The notes under the pieces were generated by a model, which did no database searches, was not told where the DNA came from, and saw only the letters and a list, made by a program, of their open reading frames with translations. A DNA stretch of 64,000 nucleotides, taken from NCBI RefSeq assembly GCF_009914755.1, contig NC_060931.1, one strand, 5' to 3'. Positions 41,050 through 54,034 of this stretch are shown here, piece after piece (position 1 is the first letter of the stretch; each line of letters starts with the position of its first letter). This stretch comes from the human T2T-CHM13v2.0 reference genome, Homo sapiens. The position numbers were made by a program, and so were the translations under genes.

Positions 41050-42574
41050 ACATCTATTTTTAAACTATTGGATACTTTTTTTTATTATTTCACCTTTTCA
41101 CCATTGTATTTAGGGTCATTGTCTGTGTCTTATTTCAATTCTGACCCTAAAGTTCTAAAATCAAATGTAAACTCAAGAAGTAAATTTTTTAAGAATTTGG
41201 ACTGAAAACCTGTAAGTTATAATCAGAGTCCAAGTCATGGTTAGTAGGGATATTTACATAAGATGAGCTCTGACACAGACCCAAAAATAAGTTGATATAA
41301 CAAATGGAAATTGCTACACAATTGATACTATCATGTAATGGTGTTAAAATAATGATAAAAAATAATCTGAACAAGTTCTGTGGAGCTTTTGTTCTATTTG
41401 ACTTTAAGTGGAACATAATCTTCAGAACAAGAGGACAACAAAATAATGCTTTGCTAAAAGGATAAAAGAATATGACCTAAGTCTATTAGTAATATAACAC
41501 TCTATGAATGCACTCAAGTTAATAGCATCTTTTAGCAATAGATACTTTTTCAATTATAGTAATGTGAAGAAATAGACTAAGTGAGGGAAAATGGTAAGAG
41601 ACACATGAATTGGACTAATTGTTTGGCTGGTTGGTTTTTTATAACCAACTCTTGGGAAGGAAAAAAGTCTCCAACAATCTCTTGATGAGACATTAATTTG
41701 AGTTTTCATATTCTAGATCTACTTAATCTTCGTAGGAATGCAATATTTTGTTACCCCATCTTTGAAGAAGGTTTGAAACTCTTGGTAATTTGCTTGTAGT
41801 GAGTTGTGCGACATCTTTCTCTTCCTGATCAATTTTGTGGTGTTGTCTGTTATAGAAGCTCTATTACCATAAGGGTTTGCTAACTAGGTGTGATGCTACA
41901 ATTTCATGCAATGTAATTCCTCTGGGGGTAGGTATTTCCTTCCTGTCCTTTACTGAGTTCTAAATGACCCTCCTTTCACCAATTTTGAGTTGCACACAAG
42001 AGTGGATTGCAAATGCTACCCTTTTGGAGTATCTGTGTAGAAATGCTGTTTTATTTCTGCTTTAAGGGATTTAAAATTTTCATTCCCCTAATTTAAAGTG
42101 GTGCTTTGGCTACTTTTGTAAAGAATGTGGTGTTCTGAGAGCAAATAACTGAAATGGATAGGCCAGACTCTTATCTTCATGGACCCTCACAAATGGAAAA
42201 GTAAAGATATGGATATGGAAGGAGAAAGTGGTCAGGAAAATTGCCATAAATAAGAGAGCAATGATATTGGGCTACATTTGGCACCAGTTTTGTTGTGTTT
42301 TAAAAAGGATAAATATGGTTCCCTTTAAGAGAATATGGGAGCAGCTCTTCCTGCTGTGAACCTCTTCCTTGGGCATCCTCCCAGCAGGTTGCATGGGGTG
42401 AGAAGTGGCCCAGGTTATTACTGTGATTGAGAGCATTCCTCCAGCACATTTTCTTTCTCCACATTCTCACGCCTCCCCCTTGACTTTTGTGGGATAGGAT
42501 TTAAGAGTCTACTGCAAATGTCTGATACAAGTTAGGAGCTGTGGGTGCATTCCTGCTTTTAGTACTGCTCAAAT

Positions 42575-42695
42575 AAAAAAGAAAGGGAGGAAGAAGGAAG
42601 GAATGAAAAAGAGAGAAAGGAAACAAGAAAGGGAGGAGTGAAGGAGAAAAGGATGGAGGAAGGAAGAGAGGAAGGACAAGGAGAAAGGGAAAGAA
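42575..42695. repeat. GA-rich polypurine low-complexity tract
   Basis: Seen directly. A similar tract lies at ~9470-9610. Confidence 0.8.
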
Positions 42696-42709
42696 TTATG
42701 AACTCAAAC

Positions 42710-42895
42710 CCAGTGCTTCTTGCACTTTACCGTGGGCATTGTGCATCACCTAGGGGCTTTGTTATAATGTAGATTCTGATTTGGCGGGTCTGAGGCCTGG
42801 CTTGACTGGGACCTGAGCATCTGCCTTTCTCACAAGGTCCCAAGGGATGCCAATGCTGCTGGCCCAGGGGTCACACTTGACTATGGAGACCCTAA
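42710..42895. mobile_element. MER5-type hAT MITE
   Basis: cagtgcttct...catcacctaggggctttgttataatgtagattctgatt...ccaatgctgctggccc. Confidence 0.65.
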
Positions 42896-43214
42896 ACTAA
42901 GAATGCAGCTGCACTTAGCTCATTATTAACATTTTTTTAAAGACGATTGCGGGGGGTGCTTATTTCTTAGGAATTTGGTCAAGTTTTCCTGGGGAAAAAA
43001 ATGGGGCACAGGAAAAGGATGTCTCTGGTGGGACCCACTCTTCCCCTTCCCCCACTTCTCTGCCATTTCCCCTCCACCCACCATACTGGGAACGTAGAGT
43101 GCTCTGGGGCCAGGTTCCATTAGATGCAGAGGAAAATATCTGAAAAATGCAATTTGTATCATGATATTGGTGATTTATTGTGGTCTGTCTTTTTGAAATA
43201 TTTGCATTTTATGT

Positions 43215-43455
43215 ATAATGTAGTGTAGTCTTGAAGTCAAATGGAATTGCATTCAGATCCCAACTCTATCACTCACTAACTGTGACCACACGTGAATTAC
43301 TTAACCTGTCTAAACCTTAGTTTCCACATCTGCAAAATGGGAATGATGGTCCTGATTACACAGACCTTCTGTGAAGATTTAATGAGAAAACAGATATAAA
43401 ATACTGAGTATAGTGGCTGGCACATGGTAAGTATTGAGTCGATGGCAGCTATTGC
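43215..43455 (+). mobile_element. MIR
   Basis: ttacttaacctgtctaaaccttagtttccacatctgcaaaatgggaatg...ctggcacatggtaagt. Confidence 0.78.
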
Positions 43456-44111
43456 AAAATGTTTGAGCAGTAGAGAAACCTAATTGGATAAAGACGTGAT
43501 CCTGCCATCAGTGAGAAAGCCCGGATACACTCATCTCTCTGCTGCTTCCTCATTGTGCCAAACAGGCAGTGAGTTAATTTCTGTCTATTTATTTAGACAG
43601 TTTATACAGTTTTGTTTCCTGTATAAATGAATGGAATAATCATAAACACCTAATAGGGTTATTGTAAGAGTTGAAGAAATAATATATACAAAGTCATTAG
43701 TGTATGACCTGGCACATAGAAATGTGTATATATGAAGGAAATTATATTTTTGTCTCTTAAAAATAAGGATTAAGGGAAGAAAGGAATTCTTTATTCAAAA
43801 TTATTTTGAATAAAGAGGAGTGTTGGCCACACATTCCTGTGCCTAGAAGAATAAAAGCAGTGAGCATGCTGTGATTCCTCAAATCCTACCTTGCTCACAT
43901 GAAACACATGAAACTCCCAAACACTCCAAACAGACCAGGGTCCATCTACGATGAAACAGTCACTGGTCAAAAGGAAAGTGAAAAAGAAAGCAGGATGCTG
44001 CGAGTTTTTCATTAGGCTGAAATTCTTCATTTTAAAGGATTGTCTTGAGATCGAGAACACATCCTTGGGGTGGGAGAAGGGCATTAAAAATGTCTTGTTT
44101 GATCATGATAG

Positions 44112-44787
44112 TGAGAGGTGAAGCCAGCTGGGCTTCTGGGTCAGGTGGGGACTTGGAGAAGTTTTCTGTCTAGCTAAAGGATTGTAAATGCACCAATCAG
44201 CGCTCTGTATCTAGCTAAAGGTTTGTAAACACACCAATCAGCACTCTGTAAAAACGGAGCAATCAGCACTCTGTAAAGTGGACCAATCAGCGCTCTGTAA
44301 AATGGACCAATCAGCAGGATGTGGGCTGGGCCAAAGAAAGGAATAAAAGCTGGCCACCTGAGCTAGCAGTGGTAACCCACTCCGGTCCCCTTCTACGCTG
44401 TGGGATATTTGTTCTTTCGTTCTTCACAGTAACTTTTGCTGGTGCTCCCTCTTTGCTTCCGCACTACCTTTATGAGCTGTAACACTCACCGCGAAGGTCT
44501 GCAGCTTCACTCCTTAAGTCAGCGAGACCACGAACCCCCCCGGGGAGGAAGAAGCAATTCTGGACGTGCCACCTTTAAGAGCTTAACACTGTGAAGGTCT
44601 GCAGCTTCACTTCTGAAGCCGGCGAGACCAAGAACCCACCAGAAGGAGAAACTCCGGACACATCTGAAGGAACAAACTCCGCACACACCATCTTTAAGAA
44701 CTGTAACACTCACCACGAGGGTCCGCGGTTTCATTCTTGAAGTCAGCCAGACCAAGAACCCAGCGGAAGGAACCAATTCTGGACACA
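44112..44787 (+). mobile_element. LTR12-family (ERV9) solo LTR, short variant
   Basis: tgagaggtgaagccagctgg...ctggacaca termini, repeated caccaatcagc units and U5 repeats. 4-bp TSD atag / gtag. Confidence 0.93.
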
Positions 44788-46183
44788 GTAGCACATGACA
44801 ATTAAAATTTTTTTCTTGGAAAAATTAAATTTCAAGATTCATATTCCTATTGTCCCAATTATTAATGTTCTCATTTAATTTGACTGCACTGTGAAATCTC
44901 AAAATCTGGGCAGGTCCACGGTCTGTGATCATTTAATCACCTGCCCTTTGCAGACACAAATGCAGCTACTGCCCAGGAAGAACCACTGTCTTCTGTGTTG
45001 AAGGTCTCTGAGGTCTTGTACCATGCATATTAGCAGAAGTGACTGCACCCAGAGGCTATCATTTTCAATTGAAATAATGGCTTATTCTGTTGTAACTCAT
45101 GCTTAAATCATATTCTGCATGACAGATTAGTACCCTCCTTGCTGCTGAAGGGTTGTGCAGCGTTCAGACTTCTGGAAGGCATCTGGGGTCTTGGAGGAGA
45201 AGAGGGGAATGAGATATCACTGTCATTCTCACGATAATTTTGGTCTGAGCCAAGCGTGCGGATTCATGTCACCACAACACAGGGATCTCTGTTCAGTCCC
45301 CATCTCCTCTTTAGGCTTCGGTTTCCAGTATCCATGTGGGGCCACTTGGTTAACAGTCTCGGTGAGTAAAAACAGTTGAAAATCTCGTAAGAAGGTGTCA
45401 GATGGGGAAGTCCTGTAGGTCTGTAAGGCTGCAAAGAGAGCCTTGGAGATATTAGAACACAAATCAGAATGTTTTAGAAGTGGGCTGAAGGGTGGGATCT
45501 TGCAAAAAGAACTACAGCGTTCTCTAGCCTTGCCATTTCCACATCACAGTACTGTAATGCAGGTATCAGGTAAGAAAACATGGACTAGCTCTCCTCACTT
45601 CGCCCACATCTCCTCACCCCCAAAACGCTCTTCTCTCTCTCTCTCCTCACCTAAGCTAGTCCCACAATTTCAAAGATTATTTAACAGCTTTGGCCATTTT
45701 TCAAGCACATTTAAAGCCAGCTCTTGGTAATTCTTGACTGTTTTACTATAGGTAGGTAAACTGAAAACAATTTAAAACTAGGCCAATTACACTGCCTTGC
45801 AGAATCTAGATCTTGTCCCCTTGTCAAGCTCCACAGTGATTCGGCGGCCAGCCAGGAGAGAAAAATCTGTGGTGGTGGTAGTGAAAGCGAAACACTGTTA
45901 CAAAGGTAGATCTACAGCTGAAGAAAGGCAGGTGACACCTTTCGAATGCTTCCTTTTTTGAAGAATTCATACCTTGTCTCTCTATTATCAGCATAGATAA
46001 TGAGTTAGAAAACAAAATCGTATTTTATCAATTTCCCACCAAATGATATGTTTAGGAGGTCATTCATAATGACCTGTAATAGACATGTTGATGATTTGTA
46101 GATTTGATTTCTTATTGGGGAAAAAAAGCCATGTTTAAATTCCTCTGTAGATATAAGCATTCTTAAGAATTTGCACTAATTTG

Positions 46184-46501
<318 letters not shown>

Positions 46502-46646
46502 TTAGAAAAGCAACTTTCTTGAAGCAGTTTCAAGTGCAGGGACAATTTTCAAAATTTGAGGATCCTTTCTGAGGTTTCTTGAAGGAAAACTAGTAACCCA
46601 AAATTGTATGGAAACCGAGTCAGTGGAATCGGCAGCGAGCTATGGG

Positions 46647-47180
46647 GAGGGCCCCTTTCACGAGCAGGTGATGGCTGCAGTCTCACAGAGCCCGGCAGCC
46701 CCCAGAACCCCATGGCTGGGATTTAATGCCCTGAGGTCACCATCCTGAATTTCTTTAGAATTTGTCTGTGAATTTGTGTTTTATGAGTAAAGTCCAATGG
46801 GACATCTGAGCGTGTAGGAGGGTGGAGGGGGCTTAGAGTTTCCTCACCTCCCCAGGACAGGACGGGCTCTGGCTGCCCACTCTCTGCCCCTGGAAGCCTC
46901 AGTGTGGCTGTCACATGCTCCACTCTGCCCTTCTCAGGGGGCTTGGGCTCAGGTGAGGGGAAGGTCATATGCTCAGCATGCAACTCCTCAAGGGTCTTCC
47001 TGTCCAACCCGATCCAGGTCTCCAACACATCCCAGCCGGAAGGTTACAATCCCTTGGGTTCGCCCATGTGCGATAGGTTGGGGTGGTGCCTTGGGGAAGG
47101 AGGGATTGATTTACCAGCCGCAGGCCAGGACCTGCGTTTGTAATTTGCACTGATCCCCACAAATTATTTAACCCCATTGG
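46647..47180 (+). mobile_element. MER115 (hAT-Tip100)
   Basis: aatttgtgttttatgagtaaagtccaatgggaca, cccgatccaggt, ggttacaatcccttggg and terminal tttgcactgatccccacaaattat. Confidence 0.7.
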
Positions 47181-50100
47181 CACAGGGTTGAGCAAGGACG
47201 AAGCAAGAGGGAGGCTGCTTAGATGGGCATGAAAGCCCAGAACATGTGTGGCTGCACCATCTGTGGATTCCAGAGCCCAGCTATCAGTTGTAAGGAGACT
47301 GTCCAGGGATGGAGCGCAGTGTTGAGGGTGCCTCCTAGCAATGACCTTGTCAGAGCAAGTGTGCATTTCCTGGGAGAACTGTGTTGAAATGAGCAAGGCT
47401 TCTTAGACTTAAAAAGGCATTTTAAAAATCAGACAAACTATTTTTGAATGCTCTAAAATCTGTGTCTGACTTCGTTCCGCTGATTCTGACACACACCTCT
47501 ATCATTTTAAGGATTTGAACTCACTGTGATGTACCTCAACACCACCATACACACATACATATAGAGATACATACATATGTATATTCTTACATATGAAGGC
47601 CTGGAGCTGGCCTGTGGGAGATACAAAATGAGTTAGAGACTTTTCCCTGAAAGAACTTACACTCTTGTAGAGATAGCAGTACTCAAGGAATAATCTCTAC
47701 TCCCAAAGTTCTCTAACTGCCTAAAGTATGTCATGGAATTTTGCCAAAATACATTTGATGACTATCTCCTTTTTTCCTGTCTCTCTGAGAAAAAGTATTT
47801 ACAGAAAATGAGACCTTTATTGGGCTGGATATCACAGGAGTTTCGCTCTGCTTTTATTAGATAGATGTGAAAACAAATGATAAAAAATTATTGGAGGAAG
47901 ACTGAGGGATGTTTAGTAAATTTTGAAGAAAAAAGTCATTAAAGTCTTCTATAGCACAGACTAAATCTACCTATAAAAAATGAAGCAATTATTGAGGAAT
48001 TTTGGCAGAAAGTACAAAAACATCTTCAGTCCAAATAAGAGATTTGTAGAATTTCTTTTTGTAGTTTATCTAACTGTCCCAAATCTCCCTTTGGCTTTTC
48101 ATGTGTAGATGCAGCCTTAAAATAAAGATTTAGAACCACTTAGGACCTAGACCCCTCACCCAAAGAAAGCTGGACTTCCTTCTGCTGGAGCCAGATAAGT
48201 CACTCACTGTAAGAATAAAGAAATGCATTTTTCATATTAATGTAATCAGACAGTCTTGGTTCTCCAGGTCTCAATAGGTGAATTTACAAGTACCTGACAA
48301 TGTAATTTGCAAAAACGTACAAACCATTTTGTGGATTAATGAATGTTTGATTTCCAAGCATGGCTTGTAGAATTAGCCTTAGAGTCTCAGATTCTACTAA
48401 GGGTCTCTACAGTGTTCTGTACATAAATACCTGTGTGACCAGTATCATAAAGAAATTCTAACTGGCAATAAAAAGTGGCAAACAGTGGCAGTAGCTCAGC
48501 AGAGATTTTTATAGACACCTCCACTCCCTCCTTGGCATTTAGTAATCTTGAAAAAATTGAAAGGAAGAAAAGTTTAATTTAGAGGGGACTTTTGCTCTGC
48601 TTAGCTGGGATTCTCACACCCAACATGAAATAATAATGCATCCAACTGTCCGTCTTAGAATAAGTAACCTTTGTGTCACCTCCTTCACTGGTGGAAACTG
48701 CAAACAGTCGGTGAGAAAGGTATGAATACCAGAGAAAGCTGAGGGATCTCTGTGACCTTCATGTGATTATGTTTGTGCTAATGCAGAGAGCACAGAAACC
48801 CAAACTCTCTATCCAAAGAACCCAATTCATAAAAAATGCATTGGTCATTAACCAGGGAATCTTAAGCACTGTACTTTGGAGGGATCGCTGACACATGGGA
48901 GGAAGTGGAGTTGTTTTGCTTGGGATGAGCAATTCGTATTTGCAGTTCTGTTCCTTTCTCAATCTGCCCTGGCCGTCATATCCTCTTTGCAAAGGGTAAG
49001 GCTCCAGAAAGGAGTATATACTCTCGGGATTAAAAAGAGTATATGTGTTTCTTAAAATGACTTACTTGGAAGAGTCAACTCCAAAAAGAGGGAACAATTC
49101 AAAACTCTGTGCAAGAGTGAACATCTATTTTACTTTTAGTGTAGCTAAGAGATGCTGAGACTGGTTTCCCTTGGTGAATGAAAATCTGTTGTACCAATTT
49201 TTTTTTTAAAAGAATTGGAAAACAAAAATGAACTTGCTATGAGGAGTGCGGTGACAGTTATTGGTGACGGTTCTTCAGGGACTCAGCTTGAGCTGGGTGG
49301 AGAGAATGGAGTGTGGGAGGCTTGGTCCTCAGGAGGGCACTGAAGAAAGGAGTGTCGTGCTCAGGTGGTCACCCCCTCACCTCTGTGGGTCACAGTCCCT
49401 TCAGAGCAGAGGGATCTGCAGGCACCCTGTGGGTTTCAGATGTGAGATCAACCCTGGGACCAATGGTGTTGAGTGAACAAATGCCCTCTGACAACCAGGT
49501 CTTATAACAATTAATAATAAGTTGTATCCAAGTGTACCATCCAAACTCCTAATCAGTATTTTGATGTCTTCACCATTTATGACCTATCATTTCCATAATA
49601 GATTCAAAACAGGGTTTCTTGTATTTGCAGAGAATTAACTTCTATTATGTAGCTATTTTAAATTTTATATTATGATCCCTTTAAAATCAGTTATTATATT
49701 TTTAAAATTACCTGTGAACAAATCACAATTACAAAACAGATGTATCTGAGATGATTCCTCCCTTGCTAAGCTAGAAGTCAATCAGGATTATGATAAAAGA
49801 ATGGTGCAGATAAAGAAGCTTGGAAGGCCAAGGGGATTACACTAGCTGCAGACCCATCTGCCATTCAGAAAACGGATTGCATATGGCAGTCTCAGCGCAA
49901 AGGAGATTCAGCCTTGCCTGGGTAACATCTAAGCCACTGCTGGCTCCCTGTGGTCTTCAGTCACAGGTAGAGTTTCATAAAACATTCACGTGAGCAACGC
50001 TTTAGATGCTCTGTCAGTAGCCTCATGAGGGATATCAACCTCTGTGTTCAGGAAGCTCCACAAATGATTCACAGGCCTGGGTGAGAACCACTTCTATAAG

Positions 50101-50420
50101 CCATGGTCTGTGTAAAAATTTGGAAACTTTGCCACTATCTTTGTGCCATATTTCCTGATTATGCTACCATGGACTAAAGGAAGCAACTCTATATGTAAAC
50201 ATCTTGCTTTGTAGGCTCTTCAGGACCCAACTATTTAGTCGAGTTCCAAACGTTCATCCAGTGGTGCCAAGGACAGAGTTAGAGTCAGTGCACAGTGGCC
50301 ACCTTTAGTCAGTGTGCAAGAGAATGTGAATTCCACACAAAGGGACAGAGGGGCAGGAATATGAATTGAGTTGACTTGGGGCAGGTCACTATTATAGACA
50401 AATAATATTAAATATTATTA

Positions 50421-50747
<327 letters not shown>

Positions 50748-50764
50748 TACAAATTAAATATTTT

Positions 50765-51030
50765 CATTAAATAATAATAATCAAGAGAAATAGCACTTAT
50801 ATGGCAAGTATGCGCTGTTTCAAGAAAGTTACATACATATTAGTTCATTTAATCTTCACAACAGCAATGCTGTGAGAGGGGTACTATTGTTATCCCTGAC
50901 TTTTACAAGGTGATGCATGAAGTTGGAAAACAAGCCAGAGTTCACATTCTCAGTTAAGTGGTAGTGCTAAATTTAAACCCAGGCAGAGTTTAAATTTTTT
51001 TAGAGTTCTTGGTTTTAACTCTTACACCAA
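50765..51030 (-). mobile_element. MIR
   Basis: ttcatttaatcttcacaacag...gtactattgttatccc...tttaaacccaggcag. Confidence 0.7.
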
Positions 51031-53521
51031 ACGGCTTTTAATATCTAAATTGGAATCGAGGTGGAATTTGCCAATAAGCTAATAATTTAAAGATATTTCA
51101 AAGGTTTATGTTAAACAACAGTGAGTAGTCACGTGGATGCCAGTACCTATCTTAAAGGAATTATATCACTGCTGAATTAAAAGCCAGACCCCTATTTCTA
51201 TTGAAAAAGAAATGTGAATGAAATGACAGCATAAAGTGATGAACCAGCAGCACAGCCCCTGTCCCATGGAGCTCATAGTTGCTGCCTCAAAAGCATAGGC
51301 TGCTAACTTCAGAACAGACTTCAGAGAGCTTTCCTGGAATTCCTTGGTCTCAGAGATGTAACATGTTTCCTAGGCTCCTGGTCAGGAGGAACCCACCCAA
51401 CCCATTCAAGTTTGTGTTTTCATATCTGTGCCCATGAAAATATCCAATGTCAAATTTTCTGCAAACGTTCAGCTAAGTGTTGCTTCAAATCTCTCTGAAA
51501 CCCTTAGCCAACGCCATTTATTCATTCTGACTTCCTGATTCCCCCTCTGGCTCTGAGAAGGCCCCTGATTCCAGAGCCGCCTTCCAACCAGACGGATTAG
51601 TTTATGGTCCTGCAAGGTTATGCGTGATACATCTGTTTGGGGAAAATGGGGATGCACACTAAGAAGAAACATTACTTTTGGATCCAGGCAGGAGAGCATA
51701 CATAATCTCCTCTAGAGCCTGTGAAAGACTTTATTTTACACATGAAATTGTGTGGAATTGCCCTGGACTGCACTGAACGTGGTTTTTGAGAATTAACCAG
51801 CCTCAGAACAAGCTACTGAGCACCAGCTAGGCCTCAAAGCAACAAAGAATAAATGTAAGCAAATGTAATCTGTGTAAAGTTGAGGGGAACAAATGCACAA
51901 TCTTGTTGACACAGTGCCCGTGTGAGACCAATCCTAAACATTACAATGGCATGCATTAGAAACAGAGTCAAAAAGTGGGCTTGGTATGCATGAAAGAAAA
52001 AAGAGACAGAAGGGCTTGGCATGGTATAGAAATTTTTTAGAATGCAGGTATTCATTTTCTAATTGCTTAAAAGGGCTTTTCTATTTTTCTGTGCATTGTA
52101 AAAACACTCTTTTCATAGTCTGGTATAAAAACCCATGCCTGGCAAGTATGGGAAAACAACCAAATTTTTAAAAAATTGTGCATTTTTAGCCGTTTGAGAA
52201 TTTGCCTAATCTGAATATTTGACCAAAACATCACTTTGAAACCTCATAAGCTCTTTGAAGTACATAAATTTCTGCTGAGAATTTTAGGGCAAAATTGGAC
52301 TTGGGTATATAAGAAAGAACAGAGACTTGCAAGGTTTGCACTGCACAAGCCATCTCCCAGCTTCAAATGCCGTGCTTTTAAGCATAATAGGTAAATCACA
52401 TCTAAAAAATTTAGAAGAAAGGTCTTCTGCACATTATGAGGAAGTGGTTGGCATCTTATGATGGGTCATCTTACCCTTGTTATTAAATGACAGCAATCAT
52501 TAAAATGCCAAACATATTTTGTCAGAATTCACTTTATAAAATGTCAGCAAGTCTGTGTTTTTATTAGTTTGTTCCAAATCAATTTAGAAATTTCAATAGA
52601 ATGCTTGTAAGTATTCCCCAAGCAATGTCCATTCCTGACTTTCTGCACAAAAAATATTACAAATTAATCAGATTTTCAGATTTCTGCATAATGGCTTTGC
52701 ACATTTATTGCTTAATCCTATTATAAAATGCTGTTATGATTGACACATTGTGGTAGAGATAGAAGTCAATTGAATAATATGTAGCAGTCAATTTTATTTG
52801 TAGCTTAATGTGCTGAAGTATTTTCCCCCGTTTCCATTATTTATAAGTCTGTCCCTTTGGAGAATATACAGGAGAATTTGTTTTAAATGAACCAATAATA
52901 CCTTCTTTAAAATTTATAAGTGTGACAGAGTCATATCTTTTTTTCTGGGTTGTCCATGGCATGCCGGTAAACAGGGTTTGAATTGTCTTCCACTTGTTAT
53001 TCATAGGACAAACATCAGGAAAAAGGATCTTGTTAAGGTTTGCTTGGAATTGGATTTCAACCACCCATTAGAAAACTCCAAGGAAACAAAGCTACCAAGT
53101 AGAAATTCTCAAAAATTGCCACTGGTTTTATTTGTTTTGTTTGTTTGTTTGTGTATCTATTGTTTCCACCACTATCTTACCTGCTATAGTTTGTCCTGAA
53201 ACAAAGCACAGAAACACACGTAGAGAAATGACCATGTTAAAAGGGTTTGAAGGATTTGCTCTTTGGTGGAATTTCATTTTTTCTGCTTTGCTGTCCAATA
53301 GGATTCTGGTAAAGGAAGCAAGTTGTGTTCTGTGCTTAGCATGGCGGAGCTCCCTGGAGCTATTGCGGGATTCCTACTGTTTCAATTAGCACCTGGGACA
53401 CTTGCTTAGGGAGAGCCATATTCTTTTTAGAACATTTTATAAGGTGATATGGAAAAAGGCTTTGTTTTCAGGAAAGCGATGTCATAAGATTCAGTGTTCA
53501 AAGAGTACGGAAGAAGAACTT

Positions 53522-53587
53522 GGGAGTATGAAGGAGATGGGGAAAGCCATATTAGGGAATATGAAGGAGATGGGGAAAGCCATATTA
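53522..53587. repeat. 33-bp tandem duplication
   Basis: ggga(g/a)tatgaaggagatggggaaagccatatta twice, with 1 mismatch. Confidence 0.95.
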
Positions 53588-53942
53588 GGGGAAATATTGA
53601 TAGACTTGGTCATATCTGAGATCACATTTTGTTTAATTTTAGGAAACTAGATTAGCTGTGGCTCGCCTGTACTTAAAGGGTGCAGCTTCCCACACATACA
53701 ACACACTGGCATACTCTATGCAAACTGACTGTGCTACATTCCCTGCTGTTCTATTCTTCTACCTCTTGATGAACTTGGCCATCCTGAATGTCTCTCATCA
53801 TTATGTATGCAGTTGATAAGTGATTTGAGCACTGGAGATATTGATAAACCACTCTGTCGTATCATCTATGCCTTAATGTTATGTGACATCAGTTCCCAAG
53901 CTGGATCATATATTAAGGGAGTATTTCTCTTTTGAATTCCAG

Positions 53943-54034
53943 GGGCTAGAGGAAACCCAGCATTATCAGACCCAGGCACTCCTGACCAACACCAGGCCAG
54001 TCAGACCCACCCCCCATTTCCAGTTGGGCCACAG
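53943..54034 (+). CDS. POU6F2: POU6F2 internal coding exon (92 nt): (G)ARGNPALSDPGTPDQHQASQTHPPFPVGPQ
   Basis: Acceptor tttctcttttgaattccAG (53941-42) and donor CAG|GTCAGT at 54035. The phase-1 start plus 30 codons matches the recalled POU6F2 N-terminal peptide. It ends in phase 0, in frame with the next exon, and is not shown in this frame in the ORF track. Confidence 0.95.

Noticed and set aside
44165-44315. Regularly spaced ccaatcagc repeats resembling a CRISPR-like array
   Set aside because: These are the normal U3 tandem repeats of LTR12 in a primate genome, with no unique spacers or cas genes.
46620-47180. GC-richer block as a CpG island or promoter
   Set aside because: Explained by a decayed GC-rich MER115, and CpG density is low.
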